The notes beneath the pieces were generated by a model. It saw nothing but the letters and a program-made list of their open reading frames with translations. It searched no databases and had not been told where the DNA came from. A stretch of 64,000 nt of DNA from Gekko japonicus (taxonomy: Eukaryota): assembly GCF_001447785.1 (NCBI RefSeq), contig NW_015172563.1:1-64000 (forward strand), given 5' to 3'. The translations under genes and the position numbers were made by a program. Every line of letters begins with the position of its first letter. Positions within the stretch are counted from its first letter, which is position 1. This document shows, piece by piece, positions 1 to 12,472 of the stretch.

Positions 1-250
1 CGAGGCATATATGGGAAGAGGCGGTCCTTCGGGTATGTTGGTCCCAGGCTGTATAAGTCTTTGAAGGTAATTACCATCACCTTGAAGCAGATCCGGTACT
101 CAACCAGTAACCAATGCAGCTGACAGAGCACATGCCGAATGTGAGCCCACACAGGAGTCGATGTCAGCAGGTGCGCCACCGCATTTTGTACCAGCTGTAA
201 TTTCCGGAGCAACTTCAAGGGTAAGCCTGCGTAGAGTGAATTGCAGTAAT
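1..250 (-). mobile_element. L2-clade LINE ORF2 C-terminal fragment
   Basis: Minus strand translates [28 protein letters not shown]...[20 protein letters not shown], the typical post-RT L2 motif series. Confidence 0.85.
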
Positions 251-759
251 TGCAGTAATCAAGCCTGGAAGTGGAGTTTTCCCAGCAAGGGTTTTTGTGA
301 ACACAATTATCAAGCAATGATTTCTAGTCATGAACCTTTGGTGGAGGAAAGGATGGAAACTGATACTGTATAAAAAACCGCTAATAACCTGGGAGGACAC
401 TTCGCTGATCACAGGGAGTTTATTGACCATAGGGTAACCACCTATGACCCTAGAGAAGGATAACAAATTTTTGGATATTATGGCTCAAGCTCCCGATGGA
501 GATCTGGCAAATCCCTTGGAGGATGGACTTTTGAGCTCATTTGGAAATTTACCTCAAAGTGAACAACACACTGCCATCAAAAGACTGGATTATGTAACCC
601 AGAAGCTGAAGAACACCATGGAAGCAGAAACAAATCTGCAGGATAATCCAATTGTCTTGGATAGCACCTTTTGCGCAGAGGACACACCAGTTTTAAATGA
701 ACAAAAAAAAAAAAAGCAGGTGGAGACTCCCAACGATACGATACGGGGGTTCCTAGGAT

Positions 760-1195
760 AAATCTCCATACTGTGAATTTGGGAATTAATGGAGGGGAGA
801 GGGAGAAGGAACCTGGGCTCAGGAGGCAACTTCTCCAATGATGGGTGGTTTTATTATATGTAATTCCCCCGGTATTAAGATCCATAAGAAGGGGACAGGC
901 TGCGGGGTACTTACCATCGCCATTAGGAGCAGCCTTCGTGTAGAGGCTGAAATGTTACCACACGAGTGTGAAAATCTCGCACTGGTATTGTTGCTGAAAG
1001 GCCCCCCATTGGGAACTCTGCTGTGTATTAATGTTTACTTTCCAACTAAAGGTAATTCTAGGAAAAGTAATGATTCAAGCTGGGACAAATTATCTGCATT
1101 ATTGGAATGGTTAATGGTTCAGTTCCCAAAAGCGCACATTATCCTAGGAGGAGATTTTAATGCCAGAACTGGTTTAGGAAACAACGATCTGACTG
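760..1195 (+). mobile_element. Non-LTR retrotransposon APE endonuclease region (RTE-X-like, clade tentative)
   Basis: ORF 838-1347 contains INVYFP and HIILGGDFNARTG APE motifs; the RT of what is probably the same element follows after the gap. Confidence 0.75.
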
Positions 1196-1302
1196 ATGGA
1201 GGAGAGAACAGCATCCAGCCAGGTGCAAGTGGAGGAGTGGGGAATCAAACCCAGTTCTCCCAGATTAGAGTCCGCACACTTAACCACTACACCAAACTGG
1301 CT
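1196..1302 (-). mobile_element. Squam3-like tRNA-derived SINE, 5' half
   Basis: Reverse complement AGCCAGTTTGGTGTAGTGGTTAAG...GGGTTTGATTCCCC carries A/B boxes; same family at 27502 and 55933. Confidence 0.8.
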
Positions 1303-1311
1303 TCGAAAAAT

Positions 1312-1822
1312 GTGGGAAGGAATGCGGGACCCCCTCTCCCAAGCTGAATCAGGTTCCTGCAGACTCTAAACAGAGTTCCCTGAAGCTGTTTTGGGGCTGC
1401 AGGGAAAATATGTAAGGTCCAGGGAACCCAGACCCTTTTCATTAGAAAATATCTTGTGTAGTTGGGCCCTTGGTTTCCAGGCCCAGAAAGAAGTTTTCTT
1501 CCTGTTCTCTACCTGCTGGACTTACCACAGAGGGAAGAATTCCCCCTCTCAGGTGGATGGTTGTGCCAGCTCTCTCTGGGATGACATTTCCTTTGTGAAC
1601 TGCCAAAGACCCTCCAACTGGTATGCAACATACTGCCCTGCTTTTCTCCTTGCCTGCTTTTCTCCATTGCCTAGCTGCCTGAATCATCTTCTCCAGCCCT
1701 AGCCTCTGCTGAATCCCAAGAATGGTAGCTATCCTACTATTTTCTCTCCTTGCAGCTCATGGTGCCGGGGCCATGTGAAGTCCTCTCTCCCTCCCTCCCT
1801 CCCTCTTCCTGAGTCCATTCTT
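1312..1822. repeat. ~500 bp near-identical copy of 5700-6192, ending at an N gap
   Basis: Direct sequence match; the same ORF translation appears at 1391 and 5779. Confidence 0.9.
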
Positions 1823-1894
1823 NNNNNNNNNNNNNNNNNNNNNNNNNNNNNNNNNNNNNNNNNNNNNNNNNNNNNNNNNNNNNNNNNNNNNNNN

Positions 1895-2436
1895 CTAAGA
1901 TGGGCTAACAAATCAATATAGGGAGCTATTAAAGGAAAAGGAATGTGCCATTCGTTATTGGTCTGAGCTGCAGGAAGCCGTAAATAATAAAAATGACAGC
2001 AGATTTTGGGACCTAGTCACTGCTGGTTTTAGGAGTGTATATTCAGGCTTAGATTCTCCTATCCAGCCTAAAGTTTGGTATAATCATTTTCTGAAGATTT
2101 TTAGCTGTGACCATGAGGATTTGTATTTATGTGAGCCGTTATCTACTGTGTCGAATTGGCCTCTCATGTCAGAATCTGATGTGAGATCATTGGTGGAGTC
2201 GTTGCCAAGAGGCAAGTCCCCAGGAGAGGATCTGATCTTGACAGAATGTTTTAAAACATTTATTGATTGGTGGGCCCCTTTATTAATGTAACTCTTTTGC
2301 CAAATTAATAACATGGGTAGACTCCCTAAAGTTTGGACTACAAGTATCATGGTACCAGTCTATAAGAAGGGAGATAGGAAGGACCCTCATAATTTTAGGC
2401 CAATTAGTCTGTTGTCCATCACCTCTAAACTATATA
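1895..2436 (+). mobile_element. LINE RT N-terminal region (continuation of the 760-1195 element)
   Basis: Translates KSPGEDLILTECFK...WTTSIMVPVYKKGDRKDPHNFRPISLLSITSKLY, with one internal stop. Confidence 0.85.
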
Positions 2437-2686
2437 GGTAAAGGTAAAGATTTCCCTTGCTCGAAAGCCAGTCGAATCCGACTCTAGGGTTGCGTTGGCT
2501 CAAGTGGTTAAGACGCTGAACTGCAGGCTGTGGAAGGTCAGTAGTTCAGCAGTTCAAGACCCGAGTGTGCCGCATGACGGAGTGAGCTCCCGTCTCTAGT
2601 TCCAGCTCCTGCCAACCTAGCAGTTCGAAAGCAAGAAATTGCAAGTAGATAAATAGGTACCACTTCAGTGGGAAGGTAACAGCGTT
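2437..2686. mobile_element. Sauria SINE with inverted 5' part
   Basis: 2437-2494 is the 3' tail on the minus strand (GGTAAA repeats); 2496-2686 is the 5' head on the plus strand; compared with full copies at 8548 and 46640. Confidence 0.85.
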
Positions 2687-4774
2687 GAAGGTATGTTAAA
2701 GTGTGGTAGCTAGTTTCACAATGGATTCATGGGATTCCTATTGTGGAATAATAGGGCAATTAGATGTTTCCCTGGTACCAGACAAAGGAGAAAATCCTTT
2801 ACTTAATGTTTGGCAGAATGAAGCTGAGTGGATTACCATTCCACAGCAATGTTTACCTTGATGGGTCTGGCATAGGTGAGAGAAATGCAGATATCTTAGA
2901 CAAACAGATAGGTGTAGAAATGTAAAGATTACCAAGAGGTGTTTTCTGAGTTCCAGGGTGTGGAAGGATTTGGGACAGAAAACATACAACATATTCCATT
3001 CATGACGGAGACACAGTGACCAGTGGCCTATTGTCTCTGCCTGCCTAGGCATTTGACAGACAAAAGACTAGCCATCTGGTCAGTAGAAGATGCCTGAGGC
3101 AAAAGCAGAGATTTGTCCATGCTTAGTCTTTTTGGGACTGAGCTGACAGGAGAGAAGAGTGGTGTGGGGGTCGCATGGAGGATGTCCGACCATGCAGCTG
3201 ACCTGGCACTTGGCCTAAGTTTTCCCAGCTAGAATGTGGTTCTCCTAGCCTCCAAGCAAAAGCCACTGTTTGAGCCAAGCCTGGCTTTGAGGACACTGCT
3301 TGTGAAGGTTCAGAAGTTGTTTTGGGGTGTTTCTCTCTCAGGAAAAACGACCCCAGGTATTGGGTCTGTGCTGCTGGTTACATTCTGATCTGGCACTTGG
3401 GAGGGCTTCTGTTCTCCATTTTGAAGCCCAAGAGCTGACCATCCCAAACATCTACAAGGCATTTTTGAGAGCTAGAAGTCTGCCTTTGTACTAACTTTTA
3501 CTAATATTAGCCAAGACATCACAAAATACTGATTGCAAGCTTCACAAGACTGGATGTGATGAAAAACTCAACCCCTCCCCCAAAGAAGGTGCCCCCATCC
3601 TCCATTGTTTCCAAAGGACTAAAGAGAATCTCTGCAGTAGAATCTCTGTATTGGACCAGAGAATCTCTGCAGTAGAAACTGAAGGGGGGCATTTTCCAAG
3701 CCTAGCAGTACCAGTGCAATCACAGGGTGCCCAGCAGAACCCACTGCCATTCTGGCAATGCCAGCTCCACAGGACTGATGTCAAGCACAGAATCACAGTC
3801 CACGTGGAGCGGCGGGGTTGGAAGCCCAGCAGAACCAATGCAATGTACAGTGCCCAACAAACCCAGTGCTTTCTGTTCATAATATTAACAAAGGATTGCT
3901 ACTGTACTGCTCTTAAATACATTTTGTCACCAAACAGAACAAGGATGAGAAGATTTTGAGACCAAGAAGTAAAAATAAAGGGGGGGGGACATGGAAAAAT
4001 TAGGTGAAGGGAGACAGAAATGAACGAGAAAGGTGTGGAAAAGAGGGAGAGGAATTAAGAGAGGGGAAGGTTTTTTATCTTAATTACTGCTTTGCAAAGT
4101 GTGGCTGAACTGGGTGCAAAGAAAGGGAGAAAAACTAGACTATTAGAGAATAATCTGCAGGCTGGCAATTACTATAGCAGCTATTAGTGTGCTGGATTGG
4201 TTGTACAATCAGTTAAGCAAGTTTGCTTCAGTCTTGGAGAAAGGGAAGTCTAGCCCAGGGGTATCAAACATAAGCCCCCAGAACTGGCCCATCCAGGGTT
4301 TTTATCCGGCCAATGAGCAACTGGTGTGACAGAGGGAACAGAAGGCTGCTCAGGGGCAGCTGCCGCCGCATGGAGCTGGCACAGTTTGTCGATGATCTCT
4401 GGCTTGAAACCCCACCATGGATCACCTGGCAGCCTTGGCCAGAGACAGCAGCTGCTGCACAGGCATCTCTGGCTTATTGGAATTTGTGATGCTTGTGGCC
4501 TTGTGCCTGGGCCACTGCCCCCTGTGTTTCTGCAGGTGGGAGGTTTAGTTCAACTTGTCCCCTTCTAATCCCCTTCCATGGTGGCTTAGGGGCAGGGGGG
4601 AGCTTGCAACACCCAGCCACATCACCTTTTCTTACTGGGGCCCCGGGCTCATAGCATTGGTGGTACGAGCAGGCTGGGGGAAGGGCTTTGCTGCTGGATC
4701 TCTAATCTGCCCATTCCTCTGCACAGATGTTGACTGGAGTGAGTCACAGGGACAATATCACATCAGTTTTGGCC

Positions 4775-5140
4775 CATCTTCACTGATTCCCAGTTTGTTT
4801 ACTGCACAATTCAAGGTGCTGGTATTGACCTTTAAAGCTCTATATCAAGTGGGACTAATATATCTGAAGAACTACTTACTCTGTTATGAACATAATCTAC
4901 CACTATGGTCATCTTTGGAGGTCCTTCTGAGATTAGGCAAGTGGCAGTCACAGAGAGGGCATTCTCAGTCATTGCACCAAAACTTTGGAACTCTCTCCCT
5001 AGGGAGATTCATCTTTTTTCCTCATTGCCATCTTCTGCCAACAGGTGAAGAATATTTTTGTTTTGGCATTCCCTCAGTGATCCCTCCTTCCTGAACAATG
5101 TTTGTTATGTCTTTGTATCTATTTTAGCTCTGTTTTTAAT
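4775..5140 (+). mobile_element. Degenerate L2 3' fragment
   Basis: FKVLVLTFKALY..G..YL, then in a shifted frame RAFSVIAPKLWNSLPREIH. Confidence 0.8.
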
Positions 5141-5513
5141 TTAATTCCCAGGATGAAAATATACCTGAAATTAGCTGTTTCAGATTGGCTCAGGGATACT
5201 TGCAAAGATCCAAACCATTCTCAAAATTCCAGGACAAATGAAAGTTTATCCCCCAGAATTTAGGTAGTGTTTCAGGTTTCTGGGAGGTCAGGAGTGGAGA
5301 GGAAGCAACAGCAACAGCTGTTTGGCAGCAACAACTGTTTGGCAGCACCTCATCCATTTAAAGGGTCATTATTTTTCTATGGGAAGGCCTGGTCTCCAGA
5401 GTTCTGGCCTCCAGAATTCACCTTCGTGAACTTTAAGCTGGATATTGCCCAAGCTAACATTATTCCTGAATGTGTGCACGTGCAGTTCCAAAATGAAGCA
5501 AACAACTCTGCCC

Positions 5514-5690
5514 GAAGAAGAAGAAGAAGAAGAAGAAGAAGAAGAAGAAGAAGAGATTGGATTTATACCCCACCCTTCACTACCCAAAGGTGTCTCAGAG
5601 CAGCTTACAAACTCCTTTCCCTTCCCCTCCCCACAACAGACACCCTGTGAGGTAGGTGGGGCTGAGAGAACTCTTGACAGAAACTGCTCT
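5514..5690 (-). mobile_element. Squam3-like SINE 3' half with (GAA)n/(TTC)n tail
   Basis: GAA run at 5514-5553 followed by the reverse complement of the SINE body seen at 27502-27745. Confidence 0.8.
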
Positions 5691-6266
5691 TTTTCAAGAA
5701 TGGGAAGGAATGCGGGACCCCCTCTCCCAAGCTGAATCAGGTTCCTGCAGACTCTAAACAGAGTTCCCTGAAGCTGTTTTGGGGCTGCAGGGAAAATATG
5801 TAAGGTCCAGGGAACCCAGACCCTTTTCATTAGAAAATATCTTGTGTAGTTGGGCCCTTGGTTTCCAGGCCCAGAAAGAAGTTTTCTTCCTGTTCTCTAC
5901 CTGCTGGACTTACCACAGAGGGAAGAATTCCCCCTCTCAGGTGGATGGTTGTGCCAGCTCTCTCTGGGATGACATTTCCTTTGTGAACTGCCAAAGACCC
6001 TCCAACTGGTATGCAACATACTGCCCTGCTCTTCTCCTTGTCTGGATTTTTACCCATTGCCTAGCTGCCTGAATCATCTTCTCCAGCCCTAGCCTCTGCT
6101 GAATCCCAAGAATGGTAGCTATCCTACTCTTTTCTCTCCTTGCAGCTCATGGTGCTCTCTCCCTCCCTCCCTCCCTCTTCCTGAGTCCATTCTTGTTCCT
6201 TTCTCTTTCTTGTCTTGTGCATATGAACTACATTGCTCAAAATCTCTATGTTTGGTATCATCCTGT

Positions 6267-6576
6267 TAGGGTTGCCAAATGGGGCCGGGGGGCGGGGAAT
6301 CCCCCGCTTTGGCGGCCCGATTTCTGACGCGACAGAATCGCCCCCCCCGGGGGAAACCCCACCCCCGCATGCACGTCACCCAGATGTGACATCACACACT
6401 GGGGGCAGGGCCCAAACCACTTGAGGGGAAAACTCTATGTTTTCCCCTCAAATGGCTGTGGCCCCGCCCCAGCGTGCGACGTCACATCCGGGTGACGTAG
6501 ATACGTCGCGCGCACACACACCGGGAGGTCCCCAGGAGTCCCCCGCCAAGGAGGTGAGTATCATTTGGCAACCCTA
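6267..6576. mobile_element. hAT non-autonomous element (MITE)
   Basis: TIRs TAGGGTTGCCA/TGGCAACCCTA; 8-bp TSD CATCCTGT at 6259-6266 and 6577-6584. Confidence 0.92.
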
Positions 6577-7999
6577 CATCCTGTCATTCAGGTTGGCTTA
6601 TCCCACACTATTGTACTCCATATGATTTCTCTTCCATGAAATCCATTTTTAATTTTAATCCCACCGGCTTTGTCTTTATATCCCTTTGCCCTTTCAAGCC
6701 TTGTGGTACCACGTCATCACCCAGACAAAGATCCCTGTTACTGGCATGTGGTCATTAGTGTTCATCAGATCTTGGGAAGTGTTTAAGAGTGTTATTTTCT
6801 AGGATATTTTGCTCTGGCTTAAACTAGTCTAGGCCAACAGTTGAGACTAGAGTGACAAGAGAAGGTAGTTTGCCTACTTTGTTTCTCCAAGACTATACGT
6901 TTTGTACGTTTTGGCTCCTTTGGAGTCGTAAGACCATATTTACACTGTCACATGACTAGAGAACATGGATACTTGACCTCAGATGGTAACATATATTTAT
7001 CTTCAAAGCTATGGATGTATGTTTATTAAACATATGTTTAAACATACAGCTTCCTACTTTAAAAAAAAAGCTCAACCAGTTTTACAGTTCTTGGAAAACT
7101 CTTTGGTGAAGGGTGAGGCAATCTCATGATGTACCAGATCTAGCCTATTATAGCTGTGTACATCTGGTTTTTCAGCAACCATGCAGAACTAGTTTCATTT
7201 GAGCTTGATTTGGGAGAAAAGATGACGCATTTGAGCAAATTACACTGAGTGCACTTCCACAGCAGGCTCCTTGCTACAATTATGTAACCCCCTTGAATAT
7301 TAAAGGATTAAACTCTTAAGGCTTTCATACGTTGAATGCCATCAGATAATAGCTTCTGCATACCTGTTCTGATCTCTTGCCCTTGCATTTCACAGATGAC
7401 ATCACTTTCCCGCAAGATGGCTTACGGATGTCAGTGTCAATTAAACCATTTCTAAAATATACATTTCACACTGTATCTGTGGTGGAAAGTGGACTTCTTA
7501 ACCTCTCGATTTCTAAGCTGGCTGGAAAGCCATTTTCTTTTCAAGAGCATGAGTAATGTCTCACCATCCACTTTGTTATGGCAGTCACCTGTGGTTCTTG
7601 ACACGTGTAGACCTGGTAGTTGGTTTATCTCTCTGACATTTTCAGTACAGTGTTTCTGCAGCTGTTAATACTTTACCCAGCACTGCTAAATTTAAAGCAA
7701 CCCCCTACCTTCCTGCTTCTGAATTTTAGTTTAACAACCATCATAGGTTCAAACTACACATTAAGTAGAGTTGTGTGATTATTCCTTCCACTTTTTTTTT
7801 TCACTCAAAGCACCTTGGGCAGGCAGAAAGCCAAACAAGAAAGGTTGCTTCATTCTTTCCTGTAGTTTTTCCACTCAAAGTCACCGTCCTCAACCTATTT
7901 TTTCATTTATAGTGGTAGTGTGGTGTATATGGGAAAGATATACACACCTGTATCTTTCTCCCCAAAGGTAAAACACGTAGATTGGGAAAAATGAATTCT

Positions 8000-8084
8000 T
8001 TTTTAAAAAATAATTTTTAATTAAAATATCAAACAAAAACAATATGATAAATAAAACCAGTGTGATAATACAAATCTCATTCCA
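8000..8084 (-). mobile_element. Very short 5'-truncated poly(A)-tailed retro-insertion
   Basis: T-rich start; 14-bp TSD GAAAAATGAATTCT at 7986-7999 and 8085-8098. Confidence 0.7.
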
Positions 8085-8547
8085 GAAAAATGAATTCTGA
8101 GTCACAAAAAAGACTGAGTTGCAAAAGGACTTCTGCTGTGGGCTTTGGTTTTAAAGATGCATACAACAGAATTGTGCGGAACGCCCCATAACCTGACAGA
8201 AGCCTTAGCGCCTACACAGACATTTTCTAATGATATGGAGATAACATTAGACTGAGATGTGACATCTATGTAGATTTCTCAGAAATGAACTCTGAGCAGG
8301 ACACTGTGACCTAGCAACTCCTTCTCATGTAGTCTTTCCAAAAACATAAGGATTTTAGAGCCCAGACTAAAATCATGTAAATTTTTCCATAGAAATTGTA
8401 TAGAAACAACATCAATACCAAAGCACTTAATGGGCAGGCATAAGTAAGAATAGTCCCTTCTACATATTGCTCTTGATAGGCCAGTAGTCAAAACAGTGGG
8501 TTTACTTTAGCCAAATTTAAGCATTTTAAGTCCCGTTACTTTCAGCT

Positions 8548-8894
8548 AGGGGCTGCGGTGGCTTATAAGATGCTGAGCTGCAGACCAGAAAGTCTGTAGT
8601 TTGGCAGTTCAAGACCCTAGTGCCATGTGACGGAGTGAGCTCCCATCTCTGGCCTCATCTCCTGCCAACCTAGCCGTTCGAAAGCAAGAAATTGCAAGTA
8701 GATAAATAGGTACCACTTCAGTGGGAAGGTAACAGTGTTCCATGTGCCTTGGCATTTAGTCATGCCAGCCACATGACCATGGAAATGTCTTCAGACAGCG
8801 CTGGCTCTTCAGCTTGGAAACAGAGATGAGCACTGCCCCCTAGAGTTGGATTTGACTGGCTTTCGAGCAAAGGAAACCTTTACTGTTACCTTAC
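8548..8894 (+). mobile_element. Full-length Sauria SINE
   Basis: tRNA-like head, ACCTTT-type tail, 12-bp TSD TTACTTTCAGCT at 8536-8547 and 8895-8906. Confidence 0.92.
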
Positions 8895-9332
8895 TTACTT
8901 TCAGCTGCACATGCACATGATTTTCTGTGAGCTGGATCCTGGGTTATTAAACTAACTACAACTAAACTAAACTCTGGTTTCATGTTACGTCTAAACTGAA
9001 TCATGGCGTATAAGAGGTCACAGTTTATAAATGATGCTTTCTCATTGTATCTTAATCTTTATTTGCACCCTTGGCATTCCACAGTTGTAGCATGAGAACA
9101 CTTTCATGCCATCAGAAATATTTTCAAAACACAGCAAGTAAATATCAATGCATTAATAACATTTATCTTAATTAGCTCTAACAAATCTGAAAGAAAGATT
9201 ACATACAAACAGCTACATCTTGAACTGTGGAGGCAGGTCTTGGCCAATAGCTACACCAAAGGTATGTATTTTTGGCATAGGTATATGTCAAAAATAAGTA
9301 TTTGTAAGAATCCTTTTACAAAAGTAATCTGA

Positions 9333-9510
9333 GGCCCCGGCCACATGGGGGGAAATGATACGGCCAAAGTGCGGCTTTTTAGAGCCGCACCAAGAGAGAC
9401 ACGTGGCGGCAGGATCAGACAGATCCCCTGAGCCACCGCGCAGTTGCTCCCCGGGACAATCAGATGATCCGTCCCTCTTGCGGGGCTAAACCTCCCATGT
9501 GACCGGGGCC
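9333..9510. mobile_element. PIF/Harbinger-type MITE
   Basis: TIRs GGCCCCGGCCACATGGG/CCCATGTGACCGGGGCC; 3-bp TSD TGA. Confidence 0.8.
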
Positions 9511-9617
9511 TGAGTGTCTTTTCCTGATTTCCTTGAACACTGTAATTGTTTGACCAATCTGAGCTGAATCTAGCCAAACATACATTTTAAAAATCCCATT
9601 TATTTGTGGTGTACACC

Positions 9618-9850
9618 AATACGGTATAGTAGTTAGAGTGTAAGACTAGATAGACCCATGTTTGAATTCCAATTCCACCATGGAAGTTTGCAGGGTGACC
9701 TAGGGTCAGTCACACAGTCCCAGCCTAATCTAACTCACAGGGCTGTTGTGAGGATAAAATGGAGGAAGAAGAATGATGTAACTTGCTTTGGATCCCCACT
9801 GGGGAGAGAAAGGCAAAGTAAAAACAAAGTAAGATAATGAATGAATGACC
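9618..9850 (+). mobile_element. Old tRNA-derived SINE (Squam3/MIR-like)
   Basis: GGTATAGTAGTTAGAGTG head, CTCACAGGGCTGTTGTGAGGATAAAAT core, (ATGA)n tail. Confidence 0.7.
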
Positions 9851-9869
9851 AAAGTACCTCAATAATTTG

Positions 9870-10045
9870 GAAGGGACTAAGTAGTAGAACACCTGCTCTA
9901 TATGCAGAAGGCTCCAGGTTCAATTTTTGGTATCTTCATTTAAAGGAGGTGATGTGAAAGATCTCCAGCTGAGACCCTGGAGAGCTGCTGATGGTCAGAG
10001 TAGATGAAACTGACCTTGATAGACCAATGGTCTGAGTCAGGTGGA
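9870..10045 (+). mobile_element. Degenerate tRNA-derived SINE (second family)
   Basis: A/B-box-like head; similar to the reverse copy at 14775-14975. Confidence 0.55.
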
Positions 10046-10096
10046 GGAAACAGTTTTGCAAAATATTCTGGGCTTGTTCTAATAATAGTAATAATA

Positions 10097-10545
10097 TCAT
10101 GACGAAACAAAGATTCTTTAGGACTTCCAATTAGAAACAGATAAACACTAAGAGCATAACACCTCTGATCTCACAATTGTAGGAAAAAATGAGAAATAGG
10201 GTCTGGATCATTGACATTTCTATTATTCTGTCTCCTGGGATTGCAAAGGAAGAACAGGAGAAGATCACAAACACCATGACCTACTAATAGAGTTAGATTG
10301 CCTCTGGGAGAAGAAGGTGACCATCATGCAAGTTGTCACTGGAGCCCTTGGAGCACTGTCTAGAAGTCTCAAGAAACACCTGGACATTCTGGGCATTGAG
10401 CAAATAACACCAGCTCAGCTCCAGAAGACAGTGTTGCTTGGAACAGCAAGAATCCTGCAAAGGTACATCAGCAATTCCCAAGAATTTGGCTAGATCTCAA
10501 ATTGCAGAACAACCATCTACAAGTCAAATATCTGGCTGTGACAAG
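10097..10545 (+). mobile_element. R4/Dong-clade LINE 3' fragment (restriction-like endonuclease region)
   Basis: Degenerate VWIID..., VVTGALGAL, LQKTVLLGTARILQRYI; TAA-rich 5' flank. Confidence 0.8.
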
Positions 10546-11184
10546 TCATTGTTGTTGTCATTGTCATCGCCTCCAGCATGGGTAGCAATTTGTATTTTAT
10601 TTTTCTGAAAGAAAAATCAGAGCTTCAATTGACATGGCTAAATTGGTTAGTAATAGTTCAGTTTTCACTATGATGAGTTAGTGGGCCTAAAAATAGTCTG
10701 GTGGTAGTTGCTTGTTTTAAAAACTATCTGGGAATTAGCCACTTACATATGCAGACATCTTTGGGAAATCATTTTGCTTCTTTGGGATTTGGATGAGAGA
10801 ATCAAACTATGTCAACATGCAGTAGAAAATCAGCTTGGAAGGAAGTGGTCGAATATAGTTTAGAGAACAGGCTCAGATGTGTACCATTTTACATTGCCAA
10901 GCAGTTATCTTAAACCATATTTTAAACAAAATCTGGCTCATTGTTTGTACCACTGCATTCAAGCATGCATTACTGGATCAAATAATCATGACAAACTATC
11001 ATAACATGACCTCTGGAAACTCAAAGCTGTTGAAATGCCCTAAGATTTTACACACAATAACATACAAATAAGAATGATTGTAATCACAGAAGTCAAGTGT
11101 TTCTTAAAATAAAGTTTCATGAGTCTCTTCATGAAGCAAAAAGAAAACTGAAGCAGGAAATCCCTGCAAAGAGATGCACATGTT

Positions 11185-11198
11185 CCACAAGGTGGCAG
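11185..11198 (+). promoter_or_regulatory. Candidate CTCF motif
   Basis: CCACAAGGTGGCAG matches the CTCF core consensus; motif match only. Confidence 0.3.
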
Positions 11199-11775
11199 CA
11201 CAGATAGTAAATTACATTCCCAGCACAATCGTAAGGATCTCTTACCCAGGGCTTCTCCTTGCGCTTCTGAAACCTTTGGATCTTTTCCTTTTAGTGCTAA
11301 AATTACTTCTTCCTTAGAGTCAGCAGTGATGCTGACATACTAATTTTAGCACACCCAAAGATCTGTGCATGGCATACCATGGACATGGTTGTCTACTTTT
11401 TTATTTCAACAGAATTTAACACTTGTCCATGGAGGTCACTGGGGTACCTCATAACTTGCATTGTTGTTAGATCCATATCAGATTGGTTGTTACAATATCT
11501 TTCCAACCTTTGAGGATATATATAAATGAGAATTTAAGCTTTGGTTTTTATTTGACTTAACATAGCCAGTCAGATGAATTCAATTCCTAATTCCCACTTC
11601 CATTTATCCACTGGCTCCCAAATCAATAAAATATGCACATGCCATCTTACACAATTCCTAAAAATCACTTGAAAAACAGTCATTAAAACTCAGAAACTGC
11701 CAGACTTGATTCATATCAGCAATGCCATCTACTGATAGTTATTAACTTTATGACCCATTGACTCTTTAGCTACTG

Positions 11776-12472
11776 ATTTTTTTTAAACCCCTGGAGGGGT
11801 ATTTTTATTATTATTTTAAAATGAGACTACAGAACTACAAAGAAAAATATAGGGAGGGGAACTACATCTATGGATAAAGGAAAGATACCCACATTAACTA
11901 AAAACCCAACAGTGGGAGATCACATCCGTGTTAAACTAAATATTAATATTCAAAGTGTTAGTAAAACAATATACTTGTAGAGTTCTTGTTTTCACAGCTT
12001 CTGTGTTAGTAAGTTAGTAATTATGAGAGAACTTTCTGAGCATCTTCTTTACTTCAAAGGGCCATTTATCAGAGTCCTTCTGCCCATACTTGCAGTGTCC
12101 ATCTCTGTAACTTTCTCAGTTACATGCTCCACTTTCTTTTCCATTTCTGCCAGCTGGCACTGTTGTAAAGCGAAGTTTTGATTTAACAAGGTCAATTGCT
12201 GGTTAATACCATCGAATTGCTCCAGTCGAATTAGCTTGTGCCTGAAGGCCACACATCGGCAGGACTGTCAGAGCGGAGGGAAGCCTCAATTCTCCGGCAG
12301 CAAGCCGTCAAAGAGGCTAACCCTCAAAGCCCTCTGGCCTGGAGCCTTTTACAAAGGCTCCGTGGGGATGCCACTTGAGGTGGCACCCCTCCATTCCAAT
12401 GGTGTGCTAATCGTCTCCCCAAGGTCTGGGGAGAATGACCGCCATCGCCAATCCACAAACCAGATGTCCCTG
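11776..12472 (-). mobile_element. Internally deleted non-autonomous L1/HAL1-like element
   Basis: Colinear with the 5'UTR, a short ORF1 piece (EQFDGINQQLT...) and the 3'UTR of 45129-47165; poly(A); TSD TAGCTACTG at 11767-11775 and 12473-12481. Confidence 0.85.

Noticed and set aside
5267-5735. Poly-Arg/poly-Glu/poly-Ser ORFs
   Set aside because: Translations of the (GAA)n SINE tail.
7396-7555. Acceptor followed by a ~50-codon frame (DDITFPQDG...)
   Set aside because: No recognisable homology or linked exons.
11253-11340. Minus-strand donor CTGG|GTAAGA with an open frame
   Set aside because: No good acceptor or partner exon, and no recognisable protein.
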